Shown: positions 19,680 through 28,825 of the stretch, piece by piece | How positions within the stretch are numbered: position 1 is the stretch's first letter | Layout of the letters: every line of letters starts with the position of its first letter | Assembly: GCA_964478015.1 (NCBI GenBank) | Contig: CAYZGM010000004.1 | Location: forward strand, 1 to 52,668 | DNA: 52,668 nucleotides | Source: an uncultured Planctomycetia bacterium | Lineage (GTDB): Bacteria; Omnitrophota; Gorgyraeia; 2-02-FULL-51-18 | Reading direction: 5' to 3' | Position numbers and translations under genes: made by a program | The notes under the pieces: model-generated | Database searches by the model: none | What the model saw: only the letters and a program-made list of their open reading frames with translations | Told to the model about the DNA's origin: nothing

Positions 19680-20674
19680 AGCTTGAATTTTGGTTTGGCG
19701 GGTTCTGTCTCTTGCCGAATGACGTCCTCCAGCCTTTTTTTAGCCAGACTCGCCGACGGGGTTTCTGGATAATTTCTGACGAGTTCCTGGTAATAAACTC
19801 TCGCGCTTTTCCATTTCTTTTGGGCCTCGTAAAACGACGCGACATCCAAGGCCCGCTTGGCTTTCTCTGCACGAATCTGACGAATGGATTCATCCGCTTC
19901 GATGGCCTGGGGCTCGACGGGAAATTCTTTTTTAAAATCTTGGAATTCTTCAATCGCCTTCTCGGCGTGCCGCTCATCGAACTGCTGCGAGCTCGAAGCC
20001 AGCATTGAACTGCGGGCTATTTCATAACGCGCTTTCGCTGCCAGAGGTGAGCCGGGATATTCGTCCACCATCGCCTGAAACGCTTTTCTTGCCAATTCAT
20101 ACTCGCCTTGTTTTCTATACAACTCTCCGATCTTGAACTGTGCCTGATCGCCGTAGCTGCCAAAGGGCGCATTTTTCACGACGTGGTTGTATAGCTCCAT
20201 CGCCTTATCCTGCCCCGGCAGGACCGGCAGTCCCAGCACCTTGACCTTGCCGCCGCTGGACAGTTCATTGGCGATCTCAAATTCACGCTTGATCGCATCC
20301 TTGATGCGGTCGCTGTAGGGGTACTTATCCACGAGTTTTTGATAAGCATCGGCGGCCTTGGCCTGCTCACCCTTTTTTTCCCAAACTAAAGCCGCGTAGT
20401 AAACACCTTCCGCAGCCAACCGGGATGTGGGGAAAGCCGATGTGAGCTTTTCAAACTCCTCGATGGCCCGGTCCCAGTTACCCTGATTCATGAATTGAAG
20501 CGCCCAATCGTATTGCTCTTCCGGGGTATCCTTGGCCGCGCTCTTAGGGTTGATCCATTTGCCGATATCCGGGCTCCATATCCAACTGGCTTGGGCCGGC
20601 ATGACTGCAAAAAAAAGTCCTAAAAAAAGGCCGATTACGGTGATTCCGGTTTTAAAGGGTTTGAGAATGCTCAT
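19673..20674 (-). CDS. TPR-repeat outer-membrane assembly factor (BamD/YfiO-like)
   Basis: The likely start is MSILKPFKTG at 20672-20674; the ORF track extends to 20770. A signal peptide is followed by repeated TPR-like helices (WDRAIEEFEKL, AADAYQKLVDKYP, ARKAFQAMVDEYP, ARVYYQELVRNYP). No lipobox Cys is present, so the BamD identity is tentative. Confidence 0.55.
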   Translation of the reverse strand: MSILKPFKTGITVIGLFLGLFFAVMPAQASWIWSPDIGKWINPKSAAKDTPEEQYDWALQFMNQGNWDRAIEEFEKLTSAFPTSRLAAEGVYYAALVWEKKGEQAKAADAYQKLVDKYPYSDRIKDAIKREFEIANELSSGGKVKVLGLPVLPGQDKAMELYNHVVKNAPFGSYGDQAQFKIGELYRKQGEYELARKAFQAMVDEYPGSPLAAKARYEIARSSMLASSSQQFDERHAEKAIEEFQDFKKEFPVEPQAIEADESIRQIRAEKAKRALDVASFYEAQKKWKSARVYYQELVRNYPETPSASLAKKRLEDVIRQETEPAKPKFKLW

Positions 20675-20686
20675 GTTCCGGTCTAG

Positions 20687-20713
20687 CTTATAATGACCCG
20701 TGGGCCTTGTCAA
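20687..20713 (-). promoter_or_regulatory. candidate promoter of the bamD-like gene
   Basis: Minus strand: TTGACA (20708-20713), 15 nt, TATAAG (20687-20692). It lies 12 nt upstream of the ATG at 20672-20674, so the leader would be very short. Confidence 0.4.
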
Positions 20714-20836
20714 CGATGTAGGGCCAGTCCTGTAAATAACACCCCCACTTACGACGGGGCCCCGCCACAACGCGTTGACGCGTAGGCGCCCCCAAGAAAT
20801 CTAGTCGGAAAACTAGCCCCCTAACCGCAAGCGCGA

Positions 20837-22774
20837 TTAGGCTTTCCTTATGAGTCTCTCCACAGTTTCTCGGAGAATCCGGCAGTAGAGGTCGAAGCCG
20901 ACGTTGGCGATGTAGCCATGCTGCTCGGTGCCGAGAATGTTGCCGGCCCCGCGGATCTCCAGATCCTCCATGGCCACTTGGAACCCCGCACCCAAGTGGG
21001 TGAATTTTTCAATGGCCACAAGACGCTTTTGCGATTCCTCGGTCAAAGCGCTCCCTTTGGGGATCATGAGATAGGCGTAAGCATTTCGGTTAAAGCGACC
21101 CACCCGCCCGCGAAGCTGATAAAGTTCGGAGAGACCAAATTTATCGGCGCGATCAATGATGAGAGTATTCGCATTCGGAATGTCAATGCCGGATTCAACA
21201 ATGGTCGTCGAAACCAAGACATCCACCTCCCCGCGGATGAACCTCTTCATGACGGATTCCAGGGCCCTGGCCGGCATCTGCCCGTGCCCCACCGCGATCC
21301 TGGCCCGGGGCACAAGCGAGGCGATCTTTTTTGCCACCAGCTCTATGCCCTGGACACGGTTATGGATAAAAAAAACCTGCCCTCTTCGCTCGAGTTCCGT
21401 TTGAATGGCCTGTCGAATCACGCTGTCCCCCGCCTCGCAGACCAAGGTCTCGATGGGTTTTCGGTTTTTGGGCGGTGTGTGGATCGTGGACATGTCTCTC
21501 GCGCCCACAAGCCCCAAATAAAGCGTGCGGGGAATGGGCGTCGCCGTCAGCGTCAACACATCCACCAGGAGCCTCAATCGTTTCAAATGTTCCTTGTGGC
21601 GCACGCCGAAGCGTTGCTCTTCATCGATGATGACCAGTCCAAGATCCTTGAAGCCGATATCGTCGGATAGCAACCGGTGCGTTCCGATGACAATGTCGCA
21701 TCCGCCGTCCAAGAGCTTCTGAACAATTTTTTTTTGGGCGGCTGGTCCCTGGAATCGGGACAGCATGTGGACGGTCACAGGAAAATTCTTCGTCCGCTCG
21801 GTGAAAGTTTCATAATGTTGTTCCGCCAAAAGCGTCGTGGGAACAAGAATCGCCACCTGCTTGCCGCCCATCACGGCTTTGAAAGCCGCTCGGAGAGCAA
21901 CCTCCGTCTTCCCATAACCCACATCTCCGCAAATGAGCCGGTCCATCGGCACGCTTGACTCCATGTCGGCTTTCACCTCCATCGAGGCGCGGAGTTGATC
22001 CTCTGTTTCCTGATAAGGAAATTCCTCCTCCAACTTTTCCTGCCATTCGGTGTCTTTGCCATAGGCATGCCCTTTCAGGGCTTGGCGTTTGGCCTGAAGA
22101 TCCAAAAGGTCTGCGGCTAGAGACAGCACGCCCTGCTTGGCTTTCTCTTTCACTTTTTCCCATTGCTTCGTCCCCAGACTGGACAGCTCGGGCTTCACCT
22201 TTCCAAAAGAGACATAGCGTTGGATGAGGTGAAGATCCCGGGTTGGCACATAAAGAATATTTTTATTTGCGAATTCTAACGCAAAATGATCCTCACGTTC
22301 GCCTCCGGGCACGGCGGCGCGACGCACCCCTCCCGCATCGACCTTTCGTTCCAACGGTTTAATTCCCCGGTAGATCGCGACGCCATGCAGCACGTGCACC
22401 ACGCGGTCCCCCGGCTCGATGTCCACAAAAGGATCTATCGGAGATTCGTATGCTAGGAGAGAATGCAAGCCGACTGGACGTTTTCCTCTGTGAGCACCGA
22501 GCGCCGGGGTAAGAATTACCATTCGGTGAGGGTCCAGCCTCCGGCCTGTCGCGGGATCGAAGCCGTGAATACTTTCCACGCACTCATCCGAAAAATCCAG
22601 GCGCACCGGAAGCGAAAAATAAGAGGGAAAAATATCCAGGACTCCGCCGCGAAGACTGAATTCACCGGATTCGCTGACCCGTTCCCGGCGAACATAACCA
22701 AAATCATCGAGACGCTTCAGTAAAACCTCGAACGAAATAGATTTTCCTGGATAAAAGTCTAGGGTTTCAAACAT
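20837..22774 (-). CDS. mfd: transcription-repair coupling factor, domain-minimised
   Basis: 645 aa. It has a CarD/RID-like segment (GDRVVHVLHGVAIYRGI) and SF2 translocase motifs (GDVGYGKTEVA, DEEQRFG, QLRGRVGR). Helicase motif I sits near residue 283, and the protein ends shortly after the translocase module. Confidence 0.9.
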   Translation of the reverse strand: MFETLDFYPGKSISFEVLLKRLDDFGYVRRERVSESGEFSLRGGVLDIFPSYFSLPVRLDFSDECVESIHGFDPATGRRLDPHRMVILTPALGAHRGKRPVGLHSLLAYESPIDPFVDIEPGDRVVHVLHGVAIYRGIKPLERKVDAGGVRRAAVPGGEREDHFALEFANKNILYVPTRDLHLIQRYVSFGKVKPELSSLGTKQWEKVKEKAKQGVLSLAADLLDLQAKRQALKGHAYGKDTEWQEKLEEEFPYQETEDQLRASMEVKADMESSVPMDRLICGDVGYGKTEVALRAAFKAVMGGKQVAILVPTTLLAEQHYETFTERTKNFPVTVHMLSRFQGPAAQKKIVQKLLDGGCDIVIGTHRLLSDDIGFKDLGLVIIDEEQRFGVRHKEHLKRLRLLVDVLTLTATPIPRTLYLGLVGARDMSTIHTPPKNRKPIETLVCEAGDSVIRQAIQTELERRGQVFFIHNRVQGIELVAKKIASLVPRARIAVGHGQMPARALESVMKRFIRGEVDVLVSTTIVESGIDIPNANTLIIDRADKFGLSELYQLRGRVGRFNRNAYAYLMIPKGSALTEESQKRLVAIEKFTHLGAGFQVAMEDLEIRGAGNILGTEQHGYIANVGFDLYCRILRETVERLIRKA

Positions 22775-22805
22775 ATTCTGCGCAGGGGCGCGGGGCGCGG
22801 CGCCA

Positions 22806-24491
22806 CTACATTTTTAGAGGTGCTGTAACACCCAGTAGCCCGAGCCCGGTTCGAATCACCTGCTGGACGCCGTCCGCCAGCAGAAGTCTGGCTTCGGTGA
22901 GAGCAGCATCCTCGGACACCACGCGGTTTTCCGCGTAAAACTTGTGGAAACCCGCCGCCAACTCCATGAGATACGGAACGAGCCGGTAAGGTTCCAGCGT
23001 ACGCGCGGCACCCAAGACATGATCCTGGAACTGGGACAAGAGCCTTAGGACTCGAAGCTCTGAGGGCTCCCCGAGTTTCTTCAAACTCTCTTCTTCCTTG
23101 TTGGGCAAACGGATCCCCTCTTCGCGGGCTTTTGTCTTGATGCTTTCGATGCGCGCATGCGCGTATTGAATATAGAACACAGGGTTTTCGGGTGTTTGGC
23201 TTTTGGCGAGCGCCAGATCAAAGTCCAGATGCGCGTCGAATTTTCGCATGACAAAAAAGAAACGGCCTGCATCCTTGCCAACCTCGTCCAGAATCTGCCG
23301 GAGCGTCACGAACTCCCCGGCCCGCGTGGACATGCGAACCTGCTTTTCGCCCTCAAAAAGCGTCACAAGCTGCGCAATCAAAACACGGACACGCTCGGGA
23401 TCATGCCCCAGGGCCGCCTGTGAGGCTTTGAGCCTGGCGATATAACCGTGATGATCCGGCCCAAGGATATCGATCAGTTCATCGAAACCGCGGGAAAACT
23501 TGTCATGATGATAGGCGATGTCCGGCGTGAGATACGTGTAAGACTTATCGCTTTTGACCAAAACACGGTCCTTGTCATCTCCCCAACGCGTGGACGCAAG
23601 CCAGGTCGCGCCTTCGTTTTCATAAACCACGTTCAGTTTTTTCAATTCCTCCAAGGTCCTCTCAACTTTCCCGGACCCGCCTAAGGCTTTCTGGCTATAA
23701 TAACTTTTAAACGTGACATCAAAATCCGCCAAATCTCTTTTGATGCCCGCCAGGATTTCGTCCGCGGCAAAATCAGAGGCCTTCCTTTCTGCCGAGGGAT
23801 CCTTGAGAATTTCAGGATGAGCCTTGAGCAATTTTCCCGCTATCTCGGTCAAATACTCTCCGCGATAAAAATTCTCAGGAATTTCGATCGCTTTTTTTTC
23901 AACGATCTCTCGGGCGCGAAGCAGCGTTGACTTTCCCAATGTTTCAATCTGCACGCCCTCGTCGTTGTTGTAATACTCGGTCGTGACGTCGTGCCCGCAG
24001 AAACGCAGGATGCGCGCGAGCGAATCACCTAGCGCCGCCTGTCTTCCGTGCGCCACGGTCAGAGGACCTGTGGGATTGGCACTTACAAATTCCAAAAGGA
24101 TCTTACGGCCGGTCCCGGCGGGTTTGCCAAAATCAGAACCGTTTTTTTTGATCCGGAGAAGAACGCGGGCCAGCTCTGCGGCCGAAAGATAAAAATTAAT
24201 GAAGCCGGGACCCTCCACCGACACGCGGTCCAACCGCCCTTTTAAGGGAGAAGCGTCAATCGAGGCGTTTAGTTTGCTGGCCCACTCGTCAGCCATGCCG
24301 CGGGGGGACCGTTTGAGGCCTTTGGCAAACTTCAAGATGAGGTTCGTGGACAGGTCCCCGAATTTTTCATCGCGGGGAACTTCGAGTGAATTCTCGGTCT
24401 CGGCGGGAGTGACGGACAGCTCCATCTGCCCTAGGGTCTGGGAGAGCCACGCGGAAAGCGCTTCTTTAAGCGGGAGGGTTGCGCTCATCAA
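22806..24491 (-). CDS. argS: arginine--tRNA ligase
   Basis: 561 aa with a class I HIGH-like motif (SANPTGPLTVAHGR) and a C-terminal DALR anticodon-binding domain. Confidence 0.95.
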   Translation of the reverse strand: MMSATLPLKEALSAWLSQTLGQMELSVTPAETENSLEVPRDEKFGDLSTNLILKFAKGLKRSPRGMADEWASKLNASIDASPLKGRLDRVSVEGPGFINFYLSAAELARVLLRIKKNGSDFGKPAGTGRKILLEFVSANPTGPLTVAHGRQAALGDSLARILRFCGHDVTTEYYNNDEGVQIETLGKSTLLRAREIVEKKAIEIPENFYRGEYLTEIAGKLLKAHPEILKDPSAERKASDFAADEILAGIKRDLADFDVTFKSYYSQKALGGSGKVERTLEELKKLNVVYENEGATWLASTRWGDDKDRVLVKSDKSYTYLTPDIAYHHDKFSRGFDELIDILGPDHHGYIARLKASQAALGHDPERVRVLIAQLVTLFEGEKQVRMSTRAGEFVTLRQILDEVGKDAGRFFFVMRKFDAHLDFDLALAKSQTPENPVFYIQYAHARIESIKTKAREEGIRLPNKEEESLKKLGEPSELRVLRLLSQFQDHVLGAARTLEPYRLVPYLMELAAGFHKFYAENRVVSEDAALTEARLLLADGVQQVIRTGLGLLGVTAPLKM

Positions 24492-24494
24492 ATC

Positions 24495-24929
24495 TTACTT
24501 GGGGTGATAATTTCTTCGGGGAGCATCCCCCCAAAGCGATTCCAGGGAATAAAAAACCCGTGTTTCATGGTAGAAAACATGCACGATGATCTCGCCGCAA
24601 TCCAGGAGCACCCACAGCGCTTCTTTCACGCCCTCTTGATGGAATATCCGCAAACCCGCATTCTCAAGACTGCTTTCAATGTGATCCACAATGGCTTTCA
24701 CGCGAACCAGGGAGGGGGCGCTCATCACAATAAAATGGCCGGCAATACTGGACTTGGCCCCCATTTCCATCACCACGATATCTTCCGCTTTCCGCTCGGA
24801 CGCGGCCTCGCAGATCAGATTGATCTTTTTTTTAGTTTCGATGTGACCAAAACCTTTCTTTTGTAACGTTTCAACGCCTGCTCCACCTCCGCGGGCACAA
24901 TTCCTTTTAATGACATGCCCGCCAACCAC
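24495..24929 (-). CDS. rsfS: ribosomal silencing factor RsfS (start uncertain)
   Basis: The conserved RsfS core is KAEDIVVMEMGAKSSIAGHFIVMSA...EALWVLLDCGEIIVHVF. No ATG/GTG/TTG lies in frame just upstream of the core. The nearest plausible start is GTG at 24927-24929, which overlaps the nadD 3' end. The 182-aa ORF-track version is probably too long. Confidence 0.65.
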   Translation of the reverse strand: MVGGHVIKRNCARGGGAGVETLQKKGFGHIETKKKINLICEAASERKAEDIVVMEMGAKSSIAGHFIVMSAPSLVRVKAIVDHIESSLENAGLRIFHQEGVKEALWVLLDCGEIIVHVFYHETRVFYSLESLWGDAPRRNYHPK

Positions 24930-25420
24930 CGGCGTCGTATCTCCGATGAGGAAATGTCGAGCGCGGGAAAATGAACCTGCAAAAATTCGCGGCCTGCCCG
25001 CGGCGGAGAAAATCCTGGCCTCGAAAAGACTACGAAGCGGCATAACTTTATCACTTTATCGGGGGATTTCCAACGAGAAAAATTCTTAGCGGCATCCGCC
25101 CCCGCAAGAAAATAAAGGGTCGTTTTCGGGCCGAATTTCCTGCGAAAATGACCCAGGGTGTCCACGGTGTAGGAGATTCCTTTCTGGCGAATCTCATAGT
25201 TCGAGACGGCAAAATACTTCCGGGCTTTGACAGCCTGACGCAAACAGCTTAGGCGCAGAGATGCCGGCATAAGAGCCTTTGGATCCTTGAGCGGCGTGCG
25301 GTAGGAGGGAACAAACAGAACCTTATCCAGGTCCAGCTCTGAGCGCGCTCTCTCGGCAAGACTTAGATGACCCAAATGGACGGGGTTAAAACTCCCTCCA
25401 AAGATCCCGACTCTCGTCAT
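24815..25420 (-). CDS. nadD: nicotinate-nucleotide adenylyltransferase
   Basis: 201 aa with the GGSFNPVHLGHL (H/T)xGH motif and a SSSEIR-type ISSTxxR motif. Confidence 0.9.
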   Translation of the reverse strand: MTRVGIFGGSFNPVHLGHLSLAERARSELDLDKVLFVPSYRTPLKDPKALMPASLRLSCLRQAVKARKYFAVSNYEIRQKGISYTVDTLGHFRRKFGPKTTLYFLAGADAAKNFSRWKSPDKVIKLCRFVVFSRPGFSPPRAGREFLQVHFPALDISSSEIRRRWLAGMSLKGIVPAEVEQALKRYKRKVLVTSKLKKRSI

Positions 25421-26670
25421 GCGCGGATTTGTCCGGTGCCTTGCACCACATACTTATAGGAGGTGAGCTCCTCGAGTCCCATCGGACCGCGGGCGTGTAA
25501 TTTATCCGTCGAGATCCCCATTTCAGCGCCCATCCCGAACTCTCCCCCGTCATTGAAACGTGTGGACGCGTTGACAAATACCGCCGAGCTATCCACCGCA
25601 TCCGTGAAAAGTTTCGCGCGAGCCATATTCTCGGTCACAATGGCATCGGAATGCCGCGACCCGTACCTCTCAATATGTGCAATGGCCTCCCGGACGTCTT
25701 TTACCACACGCACCGCCAAAACCAGATCCAAATATTCCGTTCCCCAATCTTTCGGAGTCGCCTTTTTGGCACCGCGGATCAATGCCCGCGCCTTTACGTC
25801 CGCACGCACCTCCACATGCTCTTTCGCGAGGGCTTTGCCAAGAACGGGAAGAAAGCGTGCCGCTATTTTCTCATGGACCAGCAAACACTCCGCAGCATTA
25901 CACACCGCTGGGTTTTGCGTCTTCGCGTTGAGAAGAATCTTCTGAGCTTTATCCAGGTCCGCTGCTTCATCCACGAAGACATGACAAACACCTTTGTAAT
26001 GTTTAATCACGGGGATCTTTGAAATTCTAGCCACTTCCCTTATCAGTCCCTCGCCGCCGCGAGGGATGACGAGGTCTATGAGATCCGCCAGCTGCAACAG
26101 ATCCTTGACATCGGCGTGATCGCCCGTCCTGATCAACTGAAACGCCCCTTTTGGAATTCCGGATTTTGTCGCAGCGCGTTCCATCGCCTCAAATAAAGCC
26201 TGATTGGTGCCCAAAGCCTCACTTCCACCTTTCAAAATGACGCTGTTTCCGGACTTCAGACAAAGCGCCATGCAATCGGCTGTCACATTCGGACGCGATT
26301 CATAAATAATGAGAATGGTTCCCAGAGGAACACCGATTTTTTGGATGCGCAGCCCGTTCGGGCGCATTTTTTCCCAGATCACGCGCCCCACCGGATCGGC
26401 CAACCGGGAGATGGATTCAAGAGACTGAACAATTTTTCTAAGTTTTGGTCCGTCCAGCGCCAAACGCGCCACGAGCGCCGGCGCGAGGCCTTTTTTCTTT
26501 GCCGCCTCCACGTCTTTGCCATTGGCATGCAAGATTGCATCACGATTTTTCAAAAGTTCCTGAGCCATGGCTCGGAGCGCTTTTTCTTTTTGAGCTGGGC
26601 TCAACAAGGAGAGCGCCTGGCATGATTTTTTTGCATCGAGCGCAATCGCTCTCATGGCAGCGGCGCTCAT
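25417..26670 (-). CDS. proA: glutamate-5-semialdehyde dehydrogenase
   Basis: 417 aa, aldehyde dehydrogenase family, with ProA-type motifs (AVCNAAECLLVH, STRFNDGGEFG). It shows 4-nt overlaps with both proB and nadD. Confidence 0.95.
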   Translation of the reverse strand: MSAAAMRAIALDAKKSCQALSLLSPAQKEKALRAMAQELLKNRDAILHANGKDVEAAKKKGLAPALVARLALDGPKLRKIVQSLESISRLADPVGRVIWEKMRPNGLRIQKIGVPLGTILIIYESRPNVTADCMALCLKSGNSVILKGGSEALGTNQALFEAMERAATKSGIPKGAFQLIRTGDHADVKDLLQLADLIDLVIPRGGEGLIREVARISKIPVIKHYKGVCHVFVDEAADLDKAQKILLNAKTQNPAVCNAAECLLVHEKIAARFLPVLGKALAKEHVEVRADVKARALIRGAKKATPKDWGTEYLDLVLAVRVVKDVREAIAHIERYGSRHSDAIVTENMARAKLFTDAVDSSAVFVNASTRFNDGGEFGMGAEMGISTDKLHARGPMGLEELTSYKYVVQGTGQIRA

Positions 26671-27512
26671 ACAGATCTGGAATGCACGTGATTCAAAAAA
26701 TGGACCATCCAGTCCTTTCTGGCCTTGCCTTTTTTTACTGAGGGCAAAAAGAAAGTCCCCAGGTCCTCCCCTTTAAAAAGTCTCGTCAGGACCCTTGCCT
26801 GTCTGCCATCCGCCAAAAAAACGGGGATCCCCGAGGATGTGCCCATTCGAATCGCCTCCAATTTCGAGCGCATGCCGCCTACCGTGAATGAGTTTTTTGT
26901 ATCGCTTACATGTGAAAACACAGACTCACTCATTTTTTCAACGAGCTTGATTCGTTCTTTAGAGCCGTTGCGGGTATACAATCCGTCCGTGTCTGACAAT
27001 ATGACAAGCGCATCAGCCTCAATTAAAATGGAAAGAAGCGCGGACAAACGGTCATTGTCACCAAAACGGATCTCATCGGTGGCAACCGTGTCATTCTCGT
27101 TAATGATAGGCACTAAACCTCTTTTTTGGATTTCCCCGAGGGCGCGCTTGGCGTTCATGAAGCGCTTGGAATTGGCCATGTCGTCCCAGGTTAGAAGGAC
27201 CTGCGCCGTCGAAAAACCATGCCGCGAAAACGCCTCCTCATAACACTGCATGAGGTACCGCTGGCCAACGGCGGCGGCAGCCTGGAGTCCTTCCATGGTC
27301 TTTGGGCGCTCTTTTTCTTTCAAGAGCGTCATCCCGGCGCCGATGGCTCCAGAGCTTACGATCGACACCTGCATGCCCTTCTTGAGCAGGGGCGCCAACT
27401 CTGTCGCCAGCTTCGTAATCAGGGATTTGTCAAAACGGCCTTTCTCGGTAAGAATGGAGGTTCCCACCTTGACCACCAGACTATGAATATTTTTCATCAC
27501 GGGTCTTTTCAT
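26667..27512 (-). CDS. proB: glutamate 5-kinase (no PUA domain)
   Basis: 281 aa with an amino-acid kinase fold (VVKVGTSILT, VSSGAIGAG, FGDNDRLSA). It ends before where a PUA domain would be. Confidence 0.9.
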   Translation of the reverse strand: MKRPVMKNIHSLVVKVGTSILTEKGRFDKSLITKLATELAPLLKKGMQVSIVSSGAIGAGMTLLKEKERPKTMEGLQAAAAVGQRYLMQCYEEAFSRHGFSTAQVLLTWDDMANSKRFMNAKRALGEIQKRGLVPIINENDTVATDEIRFGDNDRLSALLSILIEADALVILSDTDGLYTRNGSKERIKLVEKMSESVFSHVSDTKNSFTVGGMRSKLEAIRMGTSSGIPVFLADGRQARVLTRLFKGEDLGTFFLPSVKKGKARKDWMVHFLNHVHSRSV

Positions 27513-27515
27513 GAA

Positions 27516-28472
27516 TTAGAGACCTCTCAATCGATTCAACAGTTCTTTCAACCCCTCGCCGGTCACCGCCGAAATCGAAAAGATCTCTTTCTTCACCTTG
27601 CGTTTAAATTTTGTAAGGTTGGTCTTGGCTTCCGGAAGATCCATTTTATTCGCCACGATGATCTGCGGCTTTTCAGCCAGTTTCTTGGAATAAGAAGAAA
27701 GTTCTTCATTCATCATTTTATAATCTGAAAGGGGATCGCGTCCGTCGACGCCCGCGAAGTCGATCACATGAAAAAGACTCTTGGTGCGCTCCACGTGTTT
27801 CAGGAAATCAATCCCCATGCCCCTACCCTCATGTGCACCCTCGATAATCCCGGGGATATCCGCGATCACCCTGGCTTCGCCGTCCTCGAATTTTACCACA
27901 CCTAAAATGGGATTTTTAGTCGTAAATGGGTAAGCGGCCGCTTTCGACCGGGCGTTCGAAATTCTCGAGATCAGGGTGGATTTCCCTGCGTTTGGAAACC
28001 CCACCAGACCCACATCGGCAATGAGCTTCAAACGAAGGTGGATGTCTTTTTCCTCGCCGGGCTCGCCGTCGGTCGCGCTGTTACGCTTGTCGTTGCCCTT
28101 GCCGCCCTGCCCGCCGCGACAAACCGTCACGCGCATCCCCACAAGAGACAAATCTTTCAGAAGCTCTCCCGTGCCTTGGTCATAGATTTCAGTGCCGGGA
28201 GGAACGCCGATCAGGCGGTCGGGGGCTGTGGCGCCGGTTTTATTGCTAGAGGAGCCATTGGTGCCGCGCTCCGCTGTGAAATAGCGGTTCATCTGAAAAT
28301 CAAGAAGCGTTTGGATATTCTCTCGAGCTTCCAGAATGATGGAGCCGCCGTGGCCCCCATCCCCGCCCGTGGCGCGGAAGTGGCCCGGACGGCTTCGATC
28401 CAGGCTGTGGCAGCCTTTGCCGCCGCGCCCCGCGACACAATGGATCACCGCTTCATCAACAAACATAAGCAT
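27516..28472 (-). CDS. obg: GTPase Obg/CgtA
   Basis: 318 aa with the Obg glycine-rich fold (GGDGGHGGSI, GGQGGKGN) and G1 GFPNAGKSTL. The true start may be the MFVDEA Met two codons in. Confidence 0.95.
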   Translation of the reverse strand: MLMFVDEAVIHCVAGRGGKGCHSLDRSRPGHFRATGGDGGHGGSIILEARENIQTLLDFQMNRYFTAERGTNGSSSNKTGATAPDRLIGVPPGTEIYDQGTGELLKDLSLVGMRVTVCRGGQGGKGNDKRNSATDGEPGEEKDIHLRLKLIADVGLVGFPNAGKSTLISRISNARSKAAAYPFTTKNPILGVVKFEDGEARVIADIPGIIEGAHEGRGMGIDFLKHVERTKSLFHVIDFAGVDGRDPLSDYKMMNEELSSYSKKLAEKPQIIVANKMDLPEAKTNLTKFKRKVKKEIFSISAVTGEGLKELLNRLRGL

Positions 28473-28511
28473 TGGCCCAAAATAAAAAAACGGTTTGCGC
28501 CGATTTAAATT

Positions 28512-28576
28512 CAGATCTCACAGATTGACTCAGATGTAATCTGTGTAATCGGTCTTTTAATCTGTGTAATCTGTGT
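28512..28576. repeat. tandem and inverted 9-mer repeat cluster just downstream of rpmA
   Basis: Plus strand: GTAATCTGT GTAATCGGT cttt TAATCTGT GTAATCTGT (28536-28574). An inverted copy ACAGATT lies at 28520-28526, and CAGAT fragments at 28512-28516 and 28531-28535. The cluster ends 2 nt from the rpmA stop codon. Confidence 0.8.
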
Positions 28577-28825
28577 TTAATTTTTGGAGGGGAGAATGTG
28601 GACGCGATTCTTGGGATTAAATCGAACCACGCCGTCTTTGAGAGCAAATAAGGTGAAATCTCTGCCCTGCTTTACGAAGAGACCGGGAAAAAAAGTCGAC
28701 CCTTTTTGACGGATCAGGATACTGCCGGCCGTCACGGTCTGCCCGCCGAAACATTTTACGCCAAGCCGTTGCGAATGAGAATCGCGGCCGTTTCTAGAAG
28801 ACCCGCCGCCTTTTTTTGTGGCCAT
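28577..28825 (-). CDS. rpmA: 50S ribosomal protein L27
   Basis: 82 aa. It starts [24 protein letters not shown], the canonical L27 N-terminus. Confidence 0.95.
   Translation of the reverse strand: MATKKGGGSSRNGRDSHSQRLGVKCFGGQTVTAGSILIRQKGSTFFPGLFVKQGRDFTLFALKDGVVRFNPKNRVHILPSKN

Noticed and set aside
22775-22805. GC-only 31-nt argS-mfd spacer with GGGGCGC GGGGCGC GGCGCC repeats
   Set aside because: It is too short and compositionally trivial to distinguish from chance. I note it only because other junctions in the window also carry short tandem oligomers.
24495-25043. 182-aa reading of the rsfS ORF
   Set aside because: The N-terminal ~90 residues overlap nadD in another frame and look non-protein-like (Arg/Gly/Ser-rich). 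The conserved RsfS fold needs only ~110-145 residues.
28456-28647. 63-aa minus-strand ORF covering the rpmA 3' end, the 9-mer repeats and the obg start. I also considered that the 9-mer cluster is a CRISPR-like array.
   Set aside because: The ORF overlaps two well-supported genes and is composed largely of translated repeats. The repeats are only 9 nt, directly adjacent without unique spacers, and no cas genes are present. It is not a CRISPR array.
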